Below the pieces are notes generated by a model. The model worked only from the letters and a program-made list of their open reading frames with translations. It was not told where the DNA came from and did no database searches. Source: an uncultured bacterium (GTDB taxonomy: Bacteria > Bacteroidota > Bacteroidia > Chitinophagales > UBA10324). From it: a stretch of 64,000 nt of DNA. Numbering within the stretch: the first letter of the stretch is position 1; each line of letters opens with the position of its first letter. Of this stretch, positions 25,023 through 35,264 are shown piece by piece. The DNA lies in assembly GCA_963977675.1 (NCBI GenBank), contig CAXBPY010000004.1, positions 4,833 to 68,832 on the forward strand. Reading direction: 5' to 3'. Made by a program: the position numbers and the translations under genes.

Positions 25023-25724
25023 ATGAAATCAATAACAATCGAAGGAAAAGTGCGGGAAAATCTCGGCAAAAAGGCTTCGAAAGAAATTAGAAAACAAGGA
25101 GAAATCCCTTGTAATGTTTATGGTGCCGGAGAAAATATCTCCTTTTCTGCTCCATCAAAATCATTTCGCTCCCTTGTTTATACTCCTGATTTTCACACAG
25201 CAGAGATAAAAATCGGTGACAAAAGCTTTGAATGCATTATTAAGGAAATTCAGTTTGAGCCGGTAACTGATGCAATTATCCATATTGATTTTCTTCAACT
25301 AGTACCGAGTAAAAAAATTGTAGTTGAAATTCCCATTCGCTTAACCGGAACACCAGTTGGGATCAAGACAGGGGGAAAACTCATTCAACGATTAAAGAAA
25401 TTGAAAGTAAAAACTACTCCGGAAAAACTCTCAAAAGCGATTGAGGTTAATTGCGAGAATTTGGAATTCGGAAAATCAATTCGAGTAGATGAACTTTCTT
25501 TCGATGGAATTGAAATTCTGAATGCACCGCATATTCCGGTTGCATCTGTAATGATTCCAAGATTAATGAAGGAAGAAGTTGCGGCTACTACTGCTGCAGC
25601 TGCAACAACCGCTGAAGGTGCTGCTGCTCCAGCTGCGGGTGCTGCTGCTCCTGGTGCTCCTGCTGCCCCTGGTGCTCCGGCTGCGGGTGCTGCACCTGCC
25701 AAGGCAGAAGAAAAGAAAAAGTAA
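25023..25724 (+). CDS. rplY: 50S ribosomal protein L25/general stress protein Ctc with Ala/Pro-rich C-terminal tail
   Basis: 233 aa; two-domain L25/Ctc layout; sits between prs and pth; about 45 aa of A/P/G/T low-complexity tail ending EEKKK. Confidence 0.93.
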   Translation: MKSITIEGKVRENLGKKASKEIRKQGEIPCNVYGAGENISFSAPSKSFRSLVYTPDFHTAEIKIGDKSFECIIKEIQFEPVTDAIIHIDFLQLVPSKKIVVEIPIRLTGTPVGIKTGGKLIQRLKKLKVKTTPEKLSKAIEVNCENLEFGKSIRVDELSFDGIEILNAPHIPVASVMIPRLMKEEVAATTAAAATTAEGAAAPAAGAAAPGAPAAPGAPAAGAAPAKAEEKKK

Positions 25725-25727
25725 TAT

Positions 25728-25748
25728 CTAAGTTTCAAGATCCAATTT
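25728..25748. repeat. Heptamer tract CTAAGTT TCAAGAT CCAATTT
   Basis: Shares TAAGTTTCA.G.TCC with the tract at 3174-3201; lies in the rplY-pth spacer. Confidence 0.6.
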
Positions 25749-25758
25749 CAGGGGTTGA

Positions 25759-26322
25759 ATGAAATTTCTAATTGCAGGTCTTGGAAATATTGGTGACGAA
25801 TACACGAACACCAGACATAACATAGGATTTAAAATTGTTGAAGCACTTGCCGAAGATGCAGGTGCTTCTTTTTTTTCTGCAAGATTGGCTGATCATTGTA
25901 CTTACCGTTGGAAAGGAAAATCAATTCACCTGATTAAGCCGGTAACTTATATGAATGAAAGCGGGAAAGCGGTTCGGTACTGGATGAATGAATATCAAAT
26001 TCCTATTGAAAATATTTTGGTGATTGTTGATGACCTTGCGCTTCCTTTTGGGAAACTAAGACTGAAGGCAAATGGCAGTGATGGCGGACACAACGGGCTT
26101 ACAAGTGTTCAGCAATTACTCAACTCACAGAATTATCCACGACTTAGATTTGGAATTGGGAATGAATTCAGGAAAGGATCTCAAGTCAATTATGTTTTGG
26201 GAGAATGGAACGCTGATGAAAAAAAAATTCTGAATGAAAAAATTAAATCGGCTACCGAAGCAGTGAAAAATTTTATTTCAATTGGCATCGAAAGAAGTAT
26301 GAACCTTATAAACTTAAGGTGA
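25759..26322 (+). CDS. pth: Peptidyl-tRNA hydrolase
   Basis: 187 aa; LIAGLGNIGDEYTNTRHNIGF, GSDGGHNGL motifs. Confidence 0.96.
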   Translation: MKFLIAGLGNIGDEYTNTRHNIGFKIVEALAEDAGASFFSARLADHCTYRWKGKSIHLIKPVTYMNESGKAVRYWMNEYQIPIENILVIVDDLALPFGKLRLKANGSDGGHNGLTSVQQLLNSQNYPRLRFGIGNEFRKGSQVNYVLGEWNADEKKILNEKIKSATEAVKNFISIGIERSMNLINLR

Positions 26323-26338
26323 GTTTGAAAGAATAAAT

Positions 26339-26860
26339 TTGATTCACATTCGGCTCATAATTTTCATGAACTCGTTCAGCATACCGGCATACAGAATTAC
26401 CTATGAGCACTTCATGCGACGAATAGTTCTCTTTGCAATTTTTTGGATAGCAGTTTTAGGACTTACAGTTTTTGAGATCAAACAAAATGATTTATCAATC
26501 GCCCTTTCAATTTCACTTTTCATAAGTGTTTTTATTTTAAATACGATGGGGTTTGTGATGTATATCAGAAAAGTTTTGAAATCTGTGGAGCATCCGGTTT
26601 CCTGCACTATTTCAGATGAAGGCCTCTCATTGATTTCAAATGACCTAACGAATGAGGAAATTTTTATTCCTTACTCTGAGTTGTTTGATGTACAGCGAAT
26701 GAAATTTCCGTTTGATAGCGAAAAATTTTACTTAAGAATCAGCAGAAAAAAAATTAAAGAAGAGTTACTTGTTTATTCAAATGAGGTTGCAGCCAGAGAT
26801 TTTGATGAAACAGAAAAAATCATCATTGAAAAAATAAATTCAATCGAAACAACTCAGTGA
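26339..26860 (+). CDS. Hypothetical membrane protein (YcxB-like: two TM helices plus a soluble C-terminal domain)
   Basis: Two hydrophobic segments (IVLFAIFWIAVLGLTVF, IALSISLFISVFILNTMGFVMYI). Start uncertain: TTG 26339, ATG 26366 or ATG 26414. The 3' end overlaps the convergent HMG-CoA lyase gene by 7 nt. Confidence 0.6.
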   Translation: MIHIRLIIFMNSFSIPAYRITYEHFMRRIVLFAIFWIAVLGLTVFEIKQNDLSIALSISLFISVFILNTMGFVMYIRKVLKSVEHPVSCTISDEGLSLISNDLTNEEIFIPYSELFDVQRMKFPFDSEKFYLRISRKKIKEELLVYSNEVAARDFDETEKIIIEKINSIETTQ

Positions 26861-27726
26861 GATTCATATTTCGAAAAAAGTTGATCCGCTTCTCCTAATG
26901 CTATTCCAAGCTGGGCCTCATCTAAATTCAAATCGAAATTTTTACTTCTGAAAAAATTCACAAGGTTTTCTGTTGGCATATTACCGGTGAGCTTATCATC
27001 GGCCATCGGACAGCCACCATATCCTTTAAGTGCTCCATCAAATCTTCTGCAACCATTCATGTATGCAGCATCTATTTTTTCCTTCCACGCATTTGGTTTG
27101 GTATGAAAATGAGCCCCAAATTCAATCTGAGGAAAAGCTGGAATGAGAGAAGAAAATAAAGAACTGATGTCTTTTGGATTTGCCACACCAACTGTATCAG
27201 CAAGTGAAATAATTTTTATTCCCATATCAACTAATCTTGCCGTCCAGTTCAATACTATTTCAGAATTCCATTCATCACCATACGGATTTCCAAAACCCAT
27301 GCTGAGGTAAATCACTAATTGCTTTCTGTTTTGTTCACAAATATTCCATGCCTGTTCTACCGTATGCAGAGATTGATCAATAGTAGAATTAGTATTCCTT
27401 TTTTGAAAAGTTTCTGAAATTGAAAAAGGAAACCCAAGAAATGAAATCTCTTCGAACATGCTTGCTTCGCGGGCACCGCGAACATTAGCAACTATAGCAA
27501 GAAGTTTTGTCCCTGTCTTTTCAAGATTCAATTCTGGAAGAAGAAGGGCTGTGTCTGCCATTTGTGGAATTGCTGATGGAGAAACAAAACTTCCGAAGTC
27601 GAGTGTGTTAAATCCTACTTCAAGCAAAGAATTGAGATAAGAAATTTTTTCCTTCGTTGGAATGAATGCTTTTAAACCCTGCATAGCATCACGCGGGCAT
27701 TCAACAATATGAATTGACTCTTGCAT
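26854..27726 (-). CDS. Hydroxymethylglutaryl-CoA lyase
   Basis: 290 aa; VECPRDAMQG N-terminus, HFH metal site, GGCPMA motif. Confidence 0.92.
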   Translation of the reverse strand: MQESIHIVECPRDAMQGLKAFIPTKEKISYLNSLLEVGFNTLDFGSFVSPSAIPQMADTALLLPELNLEKTGTKLLAIVANVRGAREASMFEEISFLGFPFSISETFQKRNTNSTIDQSLHTVEQAWNICEQNRKQLVIYLSMGFGNPYGDEWNSEIVLNWTARLVDMGIKIISLADTVGVANPKDISSLFSSLIPAFPQIEFGAHFHTKPNAWKEKIDAAYMNGCRRFDGALKGYGGCPMADDKLTGNMPTENLVNFFRSKNFDLNLDEAQLGIALGEADQLFSKYESH

Positions 27727-27858
27727 TTAGTGCAAATAAATAGGTAAATGTGTCGGGATGTTTATGAGCTTCGAAACCTCAATTATTCAATTCACTAAAA
27801 TGAATTTACCTTTTTAGATTTTTAGATAAAAAGGTATCACAGGTTATATCAAGATAGG

Positions 27859-28206
27859 CTATTTCTTTTCTATGTCTGTCAATTTTGCGGGATTTCCCGT
27901 GGCGCATCCAGGTGGGTTTGGTCTCTTAAGCGGTTGGTAATTGAAATAAATTTCTAGTCCATCTTTATCTAAATCCGGGGACAAGGTGTCAAGAGGAATA
28001 AGTACAAATTCAGAATCTGGATGCTGCCAATTAACAATCACTACAGTTCCACAGCCTGTACTGATATATTTATGTGAAACTATACCGTGCGTTTTTCCTG
28101 TATGATAGTTCGTTTCAACAGGAGGGTCTACACGACCAGAATGCTTTTGAGTGCAACATGCGACCACAAAAGCAAATAAAACCAGAGGAAGAAATATTTG
28201 TTTCAT
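27859..28206 (-). CDS. Hypothetical lipoprotein
   Basis: MKQIFLPLVLFAFVVAC lipobox-like signal from ATG 28206 (track start 28215); lies 21 nt downstream of the T9SS cargo gene. Confidence 0.6.
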   Translation of the reverse strand: MKQIFLPLVLFAFVVACCTQKHSGRVDPPVETNYHTGKTHGIVSHKYISTGCGTVVIVNWQHPDSEFVLIPLDTLSPDLDKDGLEIYFNYQPLKRPNPPGCATGNPAKLTDIEKK

Positions 28207-28226
28207 AACTAACATCGTTCAGTCAA

Positions 28227-30083
28227 TTACTGAACCGCAATTTTTGCCACCCTCTGAAAATCGGGGGTACCAATTCTTACAATGTAAATTCCTGCACTTA
28301 GGCCGCGAGAGTCAATGGTGGTCTCGAATGAGCCTGAAGTTGGTGAGATATAACTGAATGAAATAAGCCGGCCGCTCACATCATAAAGCTGAACAACATT
28401 TTTTTCCTTAGTAGGAATGTTTGAAGCTTTTACATAAATCAAATCGTTGTTATATGAAACCGTAAGTTGTGCACCATCATTTACAGGTTCGGTTATTCCA
28501 GAACCCCACTGACAAGGAGCCAGCTGAAAAGAATAAATACCTGTAGCAGCTCCGCTGTTGCAATACATTCCGGTATGCCAAAACACACTGGGGTCTGCAG
28601 GATCAAGAGATGTTTGCGAGTAATCTCCAAAACGATTTCCACCTGTAATAGATCCAGTTCCGGTGAATACTACTGTTTCCGGAACAGTCATAGTGCCCAG
28701 CGGATCTCCGGCAAGACGGCCTGTGAATGCCAGGCTTACAGGAACCGAACTAGATGCTTTAGCATAACAGAGTGCAATGTCGCCATTGCAATCCATTGCA
28801 ATACTGCCGCACCAGCGGTTGGTGGAATCCGGAGAATAAATACCCTCCTGATAAAGTGACCATGTGCCCGAGCTTTGATCCTGACGCAATTCGACCCACT
28901 TAATTGTACGGTGAGTATTTGTGATTTTGATTCCCCAATTAAGTACCACACGATTAGTTCCAATGAAACTATTCCATTGTGCCCGGTACATACATACTCC
29001 ACCAATTCCATCTAATTTCTGACTGCCAGGTTGCGTAATATCGTTCCAATTGACATTGTATGAAGCATCGAACGCAGCTGTTGGAATTGTTGCATCAAGT
29101 GTAATGTTAGCAGTTGGAGTTGTGCCCCAGGTTACTCCCATTGACCAAATTTTTATTCCATCAATAGAGCCGCCACCCCAGCCATTATCAGTATAGGAGA
29201 ATAATGGGCAACGCTGACCAAATGGAGGAAGTACACCATCTGCGTCAGCCGGTAGAGGAAGCCAGAAGCCAAATCCGGCATTGTTTGGTTCGGTAAAACT
29301 TTTATTAATAGAGCGCGCATTTGGTGAGCCGGCTAACATTGAGTCGCGCTCAAAACAATAAACTGTTCCGTTCCCGTTATTAGAAGTCATGTAATAACCA
29401 TTTTCCCATACTGAGAATTTAAGATAATCGGGTGTTTGAAAATTGGGCATGTTGAATTGATAAGCATACCATGAACCAGCCGGATTATTTGTAGCTGACA
29501 CAGCCAATGCGAATCCGGAACCAAACCCATCGAGCTGAGCGGCGAACCAGCGATCAGCGAATTTGTCATACATGATTACAGGATCACCATCTGAGCCAGA
29601 CCCAGTAATGGTTCCGATGTTGCCATTAAACGCTGCTGCACCGTTTCCGCTCTTGTTGTAAACACGAAACGGAGTTGCATTCACTCCCTGAACATATTGT
29701 GTCAAACCAGCAGCCCCTGTGGGGTCAAGTGGAATTGCGGTACCGTTTTGCCCAGCCCATGATTTAATAACAGTAGCTGACCTACCGGTTCCCATGGTTG
29801 TTTGTATTGTTGATTCATCATTTCCATACTGAACTCCATCGGCTGCTGTGAACAAAAATTTTTGTGAAAGACGATGCTCACGATCGGGGCTTTCTTTTGC
29901 TTCTTTAAACTGATTGAGATCATCAGAGTTGAGTAACAGGTTTTCCGGTTGAGTAATTTGAAACTTCGCGGCTTTCTCTACAATTGTTGGACCTGCCACA
30001 TCATCAGTAGGAAGTGATACCTGCTGTGCCAGCAAAGTGTTAGTTGAAAATGCAACAGCCAGAAGAAAGAATGCCTTTTTCAT
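28227..30083 (-). CDS. T9SS C-terminal-sorting-domain protein, function unknown
   Basis: 618 aa; signal peptide MKKAFFLLAVAFSTNTLLAQ; C-terminal VQLYDVSGRLI...GIYIVRIGT...KIAVQ typical of a T9SS CTD. Confidence 0.8.
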   Translation of the reverse strand: MKKAFFLLAVAFSTNTLLAQQVSLPTDDVAGPTIVEKAAKFQITQPENLLLNSDDLNQFKEAKESPDREHRLSQKFLFTAADGVQYGNDESTIQTTMGTGRSATVIKSWAGQNGTAIPLDPTGAAGLTQYVQGVNATPFRVYNKSGNGAAAFNGNIGTITGSGSDGDPVIMYDKFADRWFAAQLDGFGSGFALAVSATNNPAGSWYAYQFNMPNFQTPDYLKFSVWENGYYMTSNNGNGTVYCFERDSMLAGSPNARSINKSFTEPNNAGFGFWLPLPADADGVLPPFGQRCPLFSYTDNGWGGGSIDGIKIWSMGVTWGTTPTANITLDATIPTAAFDASYNVNWNDITQPGSQKLDGIGGVCMYRAQWNSFIGTNRVVLNWGIKITNTHRTIKWVELRQDQSSGTWSLYQEGIYSPDSTNRWCGSIAMDCNGDIALCYAKASSSVPVSLAFTGRLAGDPLGTMTVPETVVFTGTGSITGGNRFGDYSQTSLDPADPSVFWHTGMYCNSGAATGIYSFQLAPCQWGSGITEPVNDGAQLTVSYNNDLIYVKASNIPTKEKNVVQLYDVSGRLISFSYISPTSGSFETTIDSRGLSAGIYIVRIGTPDFQRVAKIAVQ

Positions 30084-30332
30084 GAGTTTGGTTTTTTGTT
30101 TTTTTCCGCTAAGAGGGGAAGAGTTTGGGAATTGTATTAAACTATTAATTGGTTTGATCGCTGTAAGAGTATGAAATTTCTTTTTCTCAAAGAAAAAGAT
30201 TTTGCTATTGTTTATATAATAGAGGTAAAGGATTTGAATGAAATTGATTTGGCCGTATATCTGACGCGAAGCATAAACTGGAATTCAAAGTTTAACATTT
30301 AAAATAATTTGCCAGCAATTTGAAGCCAATGC

Positions 30333-31205
30333 TTATCCAAACTTAACCGAAGTCATAGTGACAGAACCCATCATAGCTTTTTCATTGAAGAATGATATAG
30401 CATCATTTTTCTCTTTCATTCCAAGAATGTATAGAAGCGGGTAATAATGATCAGGCGTAGGAATAGCAAGCTTTGAAGAAGGGCTAAGCGATTCGTAATT
30501 AATAAGAGATTTATGATCACCTTCATTAATTTTTTTTACAAATATCTCATTCATTTCCTTGGCCCAGTCGTAAGAATAATTTGTCTCTTTATCCCAGGCA
30601 ATCATTCTGAGATTATGCACCATGTTTCCGCTGCCGATAATTAGTACACCTTTTTTGCGTAGGGAATTAAGGTTTTTAGCAAGATCATAATGATACTGAG
30701 AATTTTTATAGTAATCAATTGAAAGCTGAAGAACTGGAATGTTAGCGTCAGGATACATTCGCTTTACCACACTCCATGTTCCATGATCGAGGCCCCAGTC
30801 ATGGTCGAGTCCAACATTGGTCTGCTTTACTATATTCTTTATTTCTGTTGCTAGTTCTGGATTACCGGGTGCAGGATACTGCACATCAAAGAGCTCCTGA
30901 GGAAAGCCACCAAAGTCGTGAATGGTTTTAGGATTCGGCATAGCAGTAACTTTAGTGCCTTGGGTGAGCCAGTGTGCGCTAATGCAAAGAACTGCTTTAG
31001 GTTGAATAATATCTTTTCCCATTTGCGACCACCGCTGACTGAATTCGTTTTCTTCAATGGCGTTCATGGGTGATCCGTGACCAATAAATAGTAAAGGCAT
31101 TTTTTCATCCTGTTCATTCAGGTTTTCAACCATGTTTTTAAATGCACCAAGAGTCATAAGCGAAGCGGCTCCTCCTAAAATTTTAATGAAGTTTTTTCTC
31201 TGCAT
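30333..31205 (-). CDS. Class III extradiol dioxygenase, 4,5-DOPA dioxygenase-like (LigB/YgiD family)
   Basis: 290 aa; LFIGHGSPMNAIE, AHW, DHGTW motifs; N-terminal Tat/Sec-like leader MQRKNFIKILGGAASLMTLGAF. Confidence 0.85.
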   Translation of the reverse strand: MQRKNFIKILGGAASLMTLGAFKNMVENLNEQDEKMPLLFIGHGSPMNAIEENEFSQRWSQMGKDIIQPKAVLCISAHWLTQGTKVTAMPNPKTIHDFGGFPQELFDVQYPAPGNPELATEIKNIVKQTNVGLDHDWGLDHGTWSVVKRMYPDANIPVLQLSIDYYKNSQYHYDLAKNLNSLRKKGVLIIGSGNMVHNLRMIAWDKETNYSYDWAKEMNEIFVKKINEGDHKSLINYESLSPSSKLAIPTPDHYYPLLYILGMKEKNDAISFFNEKAMMGSVTMTSVKFG

Positions 31206-31318
31206 AAAGAAAAGAAATGAAACCGCTGGAACATTCAGAAAGTTCAGAATTAAAAATTATATCAGATTGCATTTCACAAATTCCGGCAACATTTTGACCT
31301 GATTAAAAACCTTTTTTC

Positions 31319-32953
31319 TCAGCGTTCAATAATAAATTTCTGATTCAAATACTTTTCATCAGATAAATAAATAGCGAAGTAGATATCTGGGGCTAAGTGA
31401 GAAACATTTAATGAAATTTTTTGCTGGTCAATTGATTTGACATTTACAATGAGCAATTCCTGACCAATTGAGTTGAAGATTTTCAGAACACCGGGAAAGG
31501 AATTATCCGGGAGATTTATATAAATGATATCGTTCGCAGGATTTGGGAAAATATTTATTATAAAATTTTTGTTTTCAGTTTCATTCCTGATAGCCGGAGT
31601 GGTAAATGTTTTAACGGTAGCAAGCGCGCTCCACACCACAGGACTAACGCTGCACTTGCTTCGCACTCTCCATTGATATGAAGTTGAGGCAGTCAATCCT
31701 GTAAGTGTTGTTGTTCCTGTGTTTGAATTAATGTTTTTATTTGACCAGGTAGTAGTTCCTGTTTTCCTGTAAAGAACCTGATAACCTACTGCGCAGGAAT
31801 TTACTGTCCACGAGAGAACAACTGAACTTGCATTGATGACTGATGATGAAAGATTGGTTGGCTTTGGACAAGGACTGCAAACATTGGCCGGAGAAAAAAT
31901 TCGCTGATAGTTTTCTGCATATGAGTAAACACCATTGCATGAACCAACTGCATCCCAGTTTACTGACCAGGTCATCATTCCCCGAAGAGCAGGATATCCT
32001 CCCGCAAGCGATAATGTGTATGCACCCGGACGCGGACCTGTTCCGCGCAAGTTATCTATTGCGTCTTTTACAATAGCAGTATCAGTGTATCCGCCGCCGG
32101 CGGCTTGTGAGCACGCTGGTAATCCAACAGCAATTTTGCTTGCAGGTAATCCATTAAACATTCCTCCAGAAGTATTGAACCCGTGAATAACAGCTTCCGT
32201 TTGAGAAATGATAAAATCAGCTGTGCCTTGCGTGTAAATATTTCCGTCAATGCCATACATGCTCCCACTGTTGTAAAGCTGAACCTGCAACAAATCCAGA
32301 GAATCTCTCAATGAATTAATCACAGGGAGATAGGCGCCCCATATTCCACCATAAGCACTCATGCCGCCTTGCACAAAAGCTGTTTCGGGTGCCATGGTGA
32401 GCAAAAGTTTTTTGTTGTGTACATTCCGATAGTTAAGCATAATTTGTTTTATCGCATCAATAAGATTCAGAATCTTCGCGTCAGTTGGATTCGAAATCGT
32501 ACCGCCACTAACTGTTACAGAACTTCCTTCAAAGTCAATATCAATTCCATCGAAGTTATAAGTGTTGATGATGCTATTCATCGAAGAGATGAAACCACTT
32601 TTCTCATTTGCATTGTCGAGCGAAATTGCCGAAGTAGCTCCGCCCATACTGATCAAAATTTTCTTTCCCTGACTCTGCATCGTTTGAATCTGTGAAATGA
32701 GAGTTGCTTGTGTAACCTGATCCGGAGCGAATTGCATATTGTAATCAGTTCCGGAAACAGGGGTGGCAAACGAAATTTCAATTACATTATATCTAGAATC
32801 AACTGAAGTAAGTTGAATGTAAGGCGCGCCTGCGTCGTTCCAGTTATGCCAGTATCCAACAAGAGCAGGATTCGGAAGTTGAGCTGAAGAAATTCCAGAT
32901 ATAAGGATTAAAACAAAAAGCGAAATAGGAAGGAAGAAAGTTTTTTTATTCAT
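31319..32953 (-). CDS. GH18 chitinase with FN3 domain and T9SS C-terminal sorting domain
   Basis: 544 aa; catalytic FDGIDIDFEG (DxxDxDxE); FN3-like block (SWTVNSCAVGYQVLYRK...YQWRVRSKC); CTD IFPNPANDIIYINL... Confidence 0.9.
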   Translation of the reverse strand: MNKKTFFLPISLFVLILISGISSAQLPNPALVGYWHNWNDAGAPYIQLTSVDSRYNVIEISFATPVSGTDYNMQFAPDQVTQATLISQIQTMQSQGKKILISMGGATSAISLDNANEKSGFISSMNSIINTYNFDGIDIDFEGSSVTVSGGTISNPTDAKILNLIDAIKQIMLNYRNVHNKKLLLTMAPETAFVQGGMSAYGGIWGAYLPVINSLRDSLDLLQVQLYNSGSMYGIDGNIYTQGTADFIISQTEAVIHGFNTSGGMFNGLPASKIAVGLPACSQAAGGGYTDTAIVKDAIDNLRGTGPRPGAYTLSLAGGYPALRGMMTWSVNWDAVGSCNGVYSYAENYQRIFSPANVCSPCPKPTNLSSSVINASSVVLSWTVNSCAVGYQVLYRKTGTTTWSNKNINSNTGTTTLTGLTASTSYQWRVRSKCSVSPVVWSALATVKTFTTPAIRNETENKNFIINIFPNPANDIIYINLPDNSFPGVLKIFNSIGQELLIVNVKSIDQQKISLNVSHLAPDIYFAIYLSDEKYLNQKFIIER

Positions 32954-33104
32954 AAGGATTTTTTAGCAAGAAAAAAATGTATGAATCGAAAGTACTCAGG
33001 AGAAAGATTTTCAGAATCATTAATTTTTTTATCGGTGCTGTTTTACTGCTTTTATATTCGCCAACTCTTTTAATAAAAATTCATAGGATTTTTTTTGCTT
33101 TTCA

Positions 33105-33179
33105 GGGGAATTATCTCAGCTGGCTAAAGCACTCCGATAGCCATCGGAGAGGTCATCGGGGCAAAACAGTTCTTTAGAA
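33105..33179 (+). pseudogene. Decayed tRNA-Ala-like copy, in tandem upstream of tRNA-Ala
   Basis: GGGGAATTAtCTCAGCTGGCTAaAGC... aligns over its full length with the tRNA at 33187. The anticodon stem is intact (CTCCG/CGGAG) but the loop has 8 nt (ATAGCCAT). The D-stem is mispaired, and the T-arm and 3' acceptor strand are destroyed. Confidence 0.7.
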
Positions 33180-33186
33180 ATTAATT

Positions 33187-33260
<74 letters not shown>

Positions 33261-33262
33261 CT

Positions 33263-33290
33263 TTTACAATTGACAATTCACAATTGACAT
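33263..33290. repeat. Tandem heptamer array ATTGACA-type x4
   Basis: TTTTACA ATTGACA ATTCACA ATTGACA, starting 3 nt after the tRNA-Ala 3' end; same family as 2204-2245. Confidence 0.85.
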
Positions 33291-33323
33291 TTTTAATTCG
33301 ATAGAAAATAAACATTACATAAA

Positions 33324-34694
33324 ATGCAAAACACACAGAGCTACATCAACTCCAACAAGCAACGCTACCTCGATGAGTTATTTGAATTGCTTCGTATTCC
33401 TTCTGTGAGTGCTGATCCAAAGTTTAAGTCAGATGTACTGAAAGCTGCAGAGTATCTGAAAAAGAAACTTGCCGACGCAGGAATGGATAATACTGAATTG
33501 CTTTCGACAGATGGCAACCCGATTGTGTATGGAGAAAAAATTATTGATGCATCAAAACCAACTGTGCTTGTCTATGGTCACTACGATGTTCAACCAGCCG
33601 ATCCTTATGAGTTGTGGGATTCACCACCATTTGAGCCCGTGATTAAGAATGAAAAAATTTATGCTCGCGGCGCATGTGATGATAAAGGTCAAACCTATAT
33701 GCATGTAAAAGCGATTGAAGCAATGATCGCGAACAATGAACTACCGTGTAATGTGAAAGTGATTATTGAGGGTGAAGAAGAAGTCGGAAGCGCGAACCTG
33801 AATCCTTTTCTGAAAAAATATAAAGACAAACTGAAAGCAGATGTAGTGCTTATCAGTGACACTTCAATGATTGCAAATGATTGCCCAAGCATAACAGTGG
33901 GATTGCGCGGACTTAGTTATATGGAGGTGGAAGTGGTGAGTTGCAATCGTGATTTACACAGTGGAGTTTATGGCGGAGCTGTTGCCAATCCAATTAATGT
34001 GCTGGCAGAAATGATTGCTTCGCTGAAAGATGAAAACAAACACATCACCATTCCCGGATTTTATAATGATGTACGCGAATTGAGCGTTGATGAAAGAAAA
34101 GCTTTGAACTCAAGTCCATTCAATCTTGAAGAATATAAAAAAGAATTAAACCTCACTGAGATTGAAGGTGAAAAAGGTTACACAACATTGGAGCGCACTT
34201 CGATTCGTCCTACTGTTGACTGCAACGGAATTTGGGGTGGCTATCAGGGTGAAGGAGCGAAAACAGTTTTGCCCGCAAAAGCCGGAGCAAAAATTTCTAT
34301 GCGATTAGTTCCGAATCAATCTTCAGAAAAGATTTCAAAAATGTTTGAAGAGCATATGAAGAAGATTGCTCCGAAATCAGTGACTGTAAAAGTAACTGCA
34401 CATCACGGCGGTGAACCGGTGATTACGCCAACTGATACTGTTGCCTACAAAGCCGCTGCGAAAGCAATGGAAAAAACTTTTGGTAAAACTCCGATACCGG
34501 GTTACGAAGGAGGAAGTATTCCTATTGTTGCTTCATTTGAAAGCATTCTCGGATTGAAAACAATTCTCTTCGGTTTCGGATTGGATACTGATGCGCTTCA
34601 TTCTCCCAATGAAAATTATGGTTTGTTTAATTTCTACAAGGGAATTGAAACCATTCCATACTTCTATGAGAATTATGCGGAGATGAATAAGTAA
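33324..34694 (+). CDS. M20 family dipeptidase
   Basis: 456 aa; YGHYDVQPADP, GACDDKGQ, EGEEEVGS motifs. Confidence 0.9.
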   Translation: MQNTQSYINSNKQRYLDELFELLRIPSVSADPKFKSDVLKAAEYLKKKLADAGMDNTELLSTDGNPIVYGEKIIDASKPTVLVYGHYDVQPADPYELWDSPPFEPVIKNEKIYARGACDDKGQTYMHVKAIEAMIANNELPCNVKVIIEGEEEVGSANLNPFLKKYKDKLKADVVLISDTSMIANDCPSITVGLRGLSYMEVEVVSCNRDLHSGVYGGAVANPINVLAEMIASLKDENKHITIPGFYNDVRELSVDERKALNSSPFNLEEYKKELNLTEIEGEKGYTTLERTSIRPTVDCNGIWGGYQGEGAKTVLPAKAGAKISMRLVPNQSSEKISKMFEEHMKKIAPKSVTVKVTAHHGGEPVITPTDTVAYKAAAKAMEKTFGKTPIPGYEGGSIPIVASFESILGLKTILFGFGLDTDALHSPNENYGLFNFYKGIETIPYFYENYAEMNK

Positions 34695-34697
34695 AAC

Positions 34698-35213
34698 TTA
34701 TTTACGCTTCATCAGCGGAACATTTGAACAGGCTTCGCCATACATTAAACTTTTAACAACGGGAAGTAAAATCGATGATGCCTCAACAAAAACTGATTGA
34801 GGAACTTCCTTGTCGCCGCAGCCTTTTACCAATACTCTCTTTCCAAGATAATCCTGAATAGAAATTTTTTTTAGAGAATCTAAAAAGAGTTTTTCAAGAA
34901 CCTCTTTTTCGTTACCGGAATGATAGGTTGCTATTCCATTAAGATGAACACCAACTAACATAAAGGCCCACATGGGTATGATCGCATCTGCCGAACAATG
35001 AATCGCAACTGTTTTTCCTTTGTATTGTTCCCAGTCATGTGCCCTTAGTGCTTCACGAAAATCTTTTTCTTTCAAGACCAATTCATGGAAGAGATATTTT
35101 TTTAGATCGAATGGCACAATTTCTACCTTGGGAAAAAAATCTTCCAGATCTAAAGTAATAAGGTCGCTTTCGGCGACCTTATTAATTATTTTATTTTCTC
35201 CATTACTTTCCAT
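34698..35213 (-). CDS. Conserved hypothetical protein (DUF2480-like)
   Basis: 171 aa; N-terminus IINKVAESDLITLDLEDFFP resembles the Bacteroidota DUF2480 family (from memory, not searched). Confidence 0.65.
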   Translation of the reverse strand: MESNGENKIINKVAESDLITLDLEDFFPKVEIVPFDLKKYLFHELVLKEKDFREALRAHDWEQYKGKTVAIHCSADAIIPMWAFMLVGVHLNGIATYHSGNEKEVLEKLFLDSLKKISIQDYLGKRVLVKGCGDKEVPQSVFVEASSILLPVVKSLMYGEACSNVPLMKRK

Positions 35214-35264
35214 TGAACAAACGGTGTGAAATGCTCAATGCAATTTTAGAATCAATAGTTTCAA

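Noticed and set aside
25385-25738. 117-aa minus-strand ORF rich in Ala/Gly/Pro
   Set aside because: It is the antisense image of the Ala/Pro tail of rplY, has no independent start context and overlaps a ribosomal protein gene.
30173-30301. 42-codon plus-strand ORF (MKFLFLKEKDFAIVYIIEV...) and a 9-bp hairpin TCTTTTTCT-CAA-AGAAAAAGA in the 30084-30332 spacer
   Set aside because: There is no promoter box, no conservation cue and a low-complexity sequence. The region is more simply the terminator and promoter spacer between two minus-strand genes.
32977-33177. 66-aa plus-strand ORF upstream of tRNA-Ala
   Set aside because: Its 3' half is the decayed tRNA copy and the remainder is AT-rich spacer, so it is unlikely to be coding.
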